Assembly (NCBI GenBank): GCA_041242255.1 | Contig: JBESAV010000001.1 | Location: 603,449 to 667,448 of the forward strand | Source: Candidatus Altimarinota bacterium | GTDB taxonomy: Bacteria; Patescibacteriota; Gracilibacteria; UBA1369; GCA-2718715 | Direction: 5' to 3' | Length of the DNA: 64,000 nt | In this document: positions 61,625-64,000 of the stretch, piece after piece | How positions within the stretch are numbered: the stretch's first letter is position 1 | Layout: the number at the start of each line of letters is the position of its first letter | The notes under the pieces: generated by a model | Database searches by the model: none | Seen by the model: only the letters and a program-made list of their open reading frames with translations | What the model was told of the DNA's origin: nothing | Program-made: the position numbers and the translations under genes

Positions 61625-62548
61625 ATGGCTAAAAAAACAGCAGCAATTTCCATCAAAAACCTAGATAAAACTTATCTCACTGGAACCAAAGCCCTCCAAA
61701 ACGTATCACTCGATATAAAGCAAGGAGACTTTTTTGGTTTACTAGGATCAAACGGAGCAGGAAAAACAACTATGATCGGATGTATCACAAGTCTAGTCCA
61801 AAAAACTGGAGGAAAGATTCAGGTCCACGGAATAGATATAGATAAAGATTTTGGTAAAGCTAAAAGCTTCATAGGTGTCGTTCCTCAAGAATTCAATTTT
61901 CATATTTTTGAAACTGTCTTAAACATTGTTTGTTATCAAGCAGGGTTTTATGGTATCGAAAGAGATGAAGCAGAGAAAAGAGCTGAACCTATTCTAAAGC
62001 GCCTAAATCTTTGGCAAAAAAAAGATGAGCAAGCCCGTAATTTATCAGGAGGGATGAAAAGACGCCTTATGATTGCAAGAGCCCTGATTCATAAACCAAA
62101 GCTACTTATACTAGATGAACCCACAGCAGGGGTCGATGTAGAACTTAGGGTTGATATGTGGGAATATTTAAAAAAACTCAATAAAGAAGGTCTAACTATC
62201 CTACTCACAACTCATTACCTAGAGGAAGCCGAGCAACTAACTAATCAAATCGCAATCCTCCAAAACGGTAAGCTTATAGAGAATAAGCCAACTAAGGAAC
62301 TACTCACTACCCTCAACGAAGAAACTTATGTTATAAATTTCTCCAAGAAGCCATCCAAAAAGCTAATCCAGAAACTCAATCTTACTCAAGTTGATGATGA
62401 AACAACTTTCGAGGTAACTCTAAAACAGAAAGATACAATCTCTAGCTTTATATCAAAAATACCATCGTCAGATGCCGAAGTTCTAGACATTCGACCTAAA
62501 GGAAATCGCCTAGAACAACTTTACTTACAATTAACTTCTAAAAAATAA
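61625..62548 (+). CDS. ABC transporter ATP-binding protein (ABC-2 type exporter)
   Basis: 307 aa. GSNGAGKTT, LSGGMKRRL and LILDEPTAGVD. Confidence 0.93.
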   Translation: MAKKTAAISIKNLDKTYLTGTKALQNVSLDIKQGDFFGLLGSNGAGKTTMIGCITSLVQKTGGKIQVHGIDIDKDFGKAKSFIGVVPQEFNFHIFETVLNIVCYQAGFYGIERDEAEKRAEPILKRLNLWQKKDEQARNLSGGMKRRLMIARALIHKPKLLILDEPTAGVDVELRVDMWEYLKKLNKEGLTILLTTHYLEEAEQLTNQIAILQNGKLIENKPTKELLTTLNEETYVINFSKKPSKKLIQKLNLTQVDDETTFEVTLKQKDTISSFISKIPSSDAEVLDIRPKGNRLEQLYLQLTSKK

Positions 62549-63318
62549 TGCTATCTCAACAACTGATTTCTTACAAAACAATTGTCACGAAAGAAATAAA
62601 AAGATACATCCGCATTTGGACTCAAACTCTACTTCCTCCAGTTATCAACCAAACACTGTATTTCTTGATCTTTGGTTCATTCATCGGAAGCCAAATAGGG
62701 GACTTAGACGGATTCACCTACATGGAGTTCATAGTTCCTGGTCTGATAATGATGTCTATCATAAATTCAAGTTTCCAAAACGTCGTAGGATCATTCTACA
62801 TAGCTAAATTTCAAAACAGTATTGAAGAATTACTCGTTTCTCCAACTAGCAACCTTACCATAATTGCCGGATACATAACAGGTGGTGTCACTAGAGGATT
62901 GTTGGTAGGATTCCTAGTTTTCCTTGTCTCATTATTCTTCACAGATATAAGTGTCTACAGTCCAATCACAGTCATAATATTCTCAACACTTACAAGTTGC
63001 CTTTTCTCAATGCTAGCCTTAATCAACGCAATTTTCGCAAAAAACTTCGACCATACTAGTATAGTAACTACTTTTGTGCTTACACCTCTCACCTATCTTG
63101 GTGGAGTATTTTACTCAATCGACAGATTACCTCAAATCTGGCAAACCATTTCCCAATTCAACCCGATTGTATATATGATTGATGGAATTAGATTTGGATT
63201 CCTAGGAATAAACACATATTCAGTCTATTTAAGCATCTCAATAATCACACTGCTTTTAGTATTCACAACAGTATTAGCCTATTACTTTATCAAAAAGAGT
63301 CACGGCCTAAGAAGTTAA
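62548..63318 (+). CDS. ABC-2 type transporter permease
   Basis: 256 aa with six TM helices. Its start overlaps the ATPase stop (ATGA-type coupling). Confidence 0.88.
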   Translation: MLSQQLISYKTIVTKEIKRYIRIWTQTLLPPVINQTLYFLIFGSFIGSQIGDLDGFTYMEFIVPGLIMMSIINSSFQNVVGSFYIAKFQNSIEELLVSPTSNLTIIAGYITGGVTRGLLVGFLVFLVSLFFTDISVYSPITVIIFSTLTSCLFSMLALINAIFAKNFDHTSIVTTFVLTPLTYLGGVFYSIDRLPQIWQTISQFNPIVYMIDGIRFGFLGINTYSVYLSISIITLLLVFTTVLAYYFIKKSHGLRS

Positions 63319-64000
63319 TCCAGCTCAGAAGCATCCAAATAAGGCATGGGGTCAACATTGACTCCATCTTTTATGACTTCAAAGTGCAAGTGAGCCCCTG
63401 TAGTCAGGTAACCCGCTCCACGAGTGCCAGGAGCACCACCAGATAAACCTATTATGTCTCCTCTGGCTACAGTATCACCCTCTTCTAGGAAGATATCATA
63501 CATGTGACCATACAGAGTCATTAGTCCATCAGAATGACCAATCAATATATAATGATAGTCGTTTCCTTCGCCACCTTTTACCTTGAATACAACTCCAGGT
63601 GCAGCAGCCTGTACAGACGTACCAGAGTTCGTAGGTATATCAATTGCATAATGATCAATACCCAAGGCAGCCCTGTATCCAGAATCTTTAAAAGTAGCAG
63701 ATAAACCTAAAGTCGGAAGAACCGGCCAACTCAAAAAAGTTGCATCATCTTCTAGCTCTTCAGCTCCAGTAAGTTCTTCTATTAAACCTCTGTACTCCTT
63801 ATACTTAGATATTTGGGAAACTATCTCCTGCCTTAGTACAGCTTGCTCAGTCTTAGCTTTCTGTATCAAGTTCTCATAAATAGCTTGTTCACCCCTTGTA
63901 GCTTCCAAAAGATTATCTTTAGCAATACGTTGAATCTGCAATTCAGACTTTTGCACCTTAAGGCTTTCAGCTAAAGCTAGTTTCTCTTCTTTTAGGTTAG
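63315..64000 (-). CDS. M23 family peptidase with N-terminal coiled coil (5' end outside window)
   Basis: HYAIDIP, LYGHM and GAHLHFEV motifs. The reading frame stays open upstream of the ORF-track GTG at 63956 through position 64000, so the gene is partial. Confidence 0.85.
   Translation of the reverse strand, partial: NLKEEKLALAESLKVQKSELQIQRIAKDNLLEATRGEQAIYENLIQKAKTEQAVLRQEIVSQISKYKEYRGLIEELTGAEELEDDATFLSWPVLPTLGLSATFKDSGYRAALGIDHYAIDIPTNSGTSVQAAAPGVVFKVKGGEGNDYHYILIGHSDGLMTLYGHMYDIFLEEGDTVARGDIIGLSGGAPGTRGAGYLTTGAHLHFEVIKDGVNVDPMPYLDASELD

Overview
An AT-rich, gene-dense bacterial chromosomal segment read with the standard genetic code. prmC ends in TGA, overlapping the prfA ATG, and tRNA-Trp has a CCA anticodon. 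Small housekeeping genes, many secreted, lipoprotein or giant surface proteins, nucleic-acid salvage genes and a divergent 16S suggest a reduced-genome Patescibacteria/CPR-like organism. That placement is inference and cannot be confirmed without a database search.

Securely recognisable genes: S41 Ctp peptidase, gyrB, rpsU, prmC, prfA, tatD, radA, lgt, msrAB fusion, clpP, lepA, an RluB-type pseudouridine synthase, an SPFH protein, Nudix, a DHH/NrnA-like phosphoesterase, PolX-PHP, rny, groES/groEL, an MscS-family channel, an ABC-2 transporter pair and an M23 peptidase that runs off the window end. RNA genes: 16S, 23S and 5S rRNA plus six tRNAs (Trp, Cys, Leu, Ile, Ala, Gln), all with encoded CCA.

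Most notable observations:
1. The rRNA operon is split. 16S has its own promoter, processing stem and terminator. 23S-5S lies 2.2 kb downstream behind a second copy of the same 100-bp promoter/leader. Three ORFs and strand-inverted tRNA-Ile/tRNA-Ala sit in between.
2. An ABC-F ATPase cassette (promoter, attenuator-like leader with a uORF, gene, terminator) is bracketed by perfect 75-bp direct repeats.
3. A perfect CIRCE operator fused to a consensus promoter drives an unannotated 53-codon ORF downstream of clpP.
4. An unclassified ~117-nt structured RNA precedes an SLH-anchored secreted nuclease.
5. Two giant surface proteins share an SLH-type C-terminal module.
6. A 767-aa protein carries RelA/SpoT-like motifs.
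7. A PrgI-like plus VirB4-N-terminal-like gene pair has no ATPase domain.

No CRISPR array, transposase, integrase or recognisable defence system was seen.
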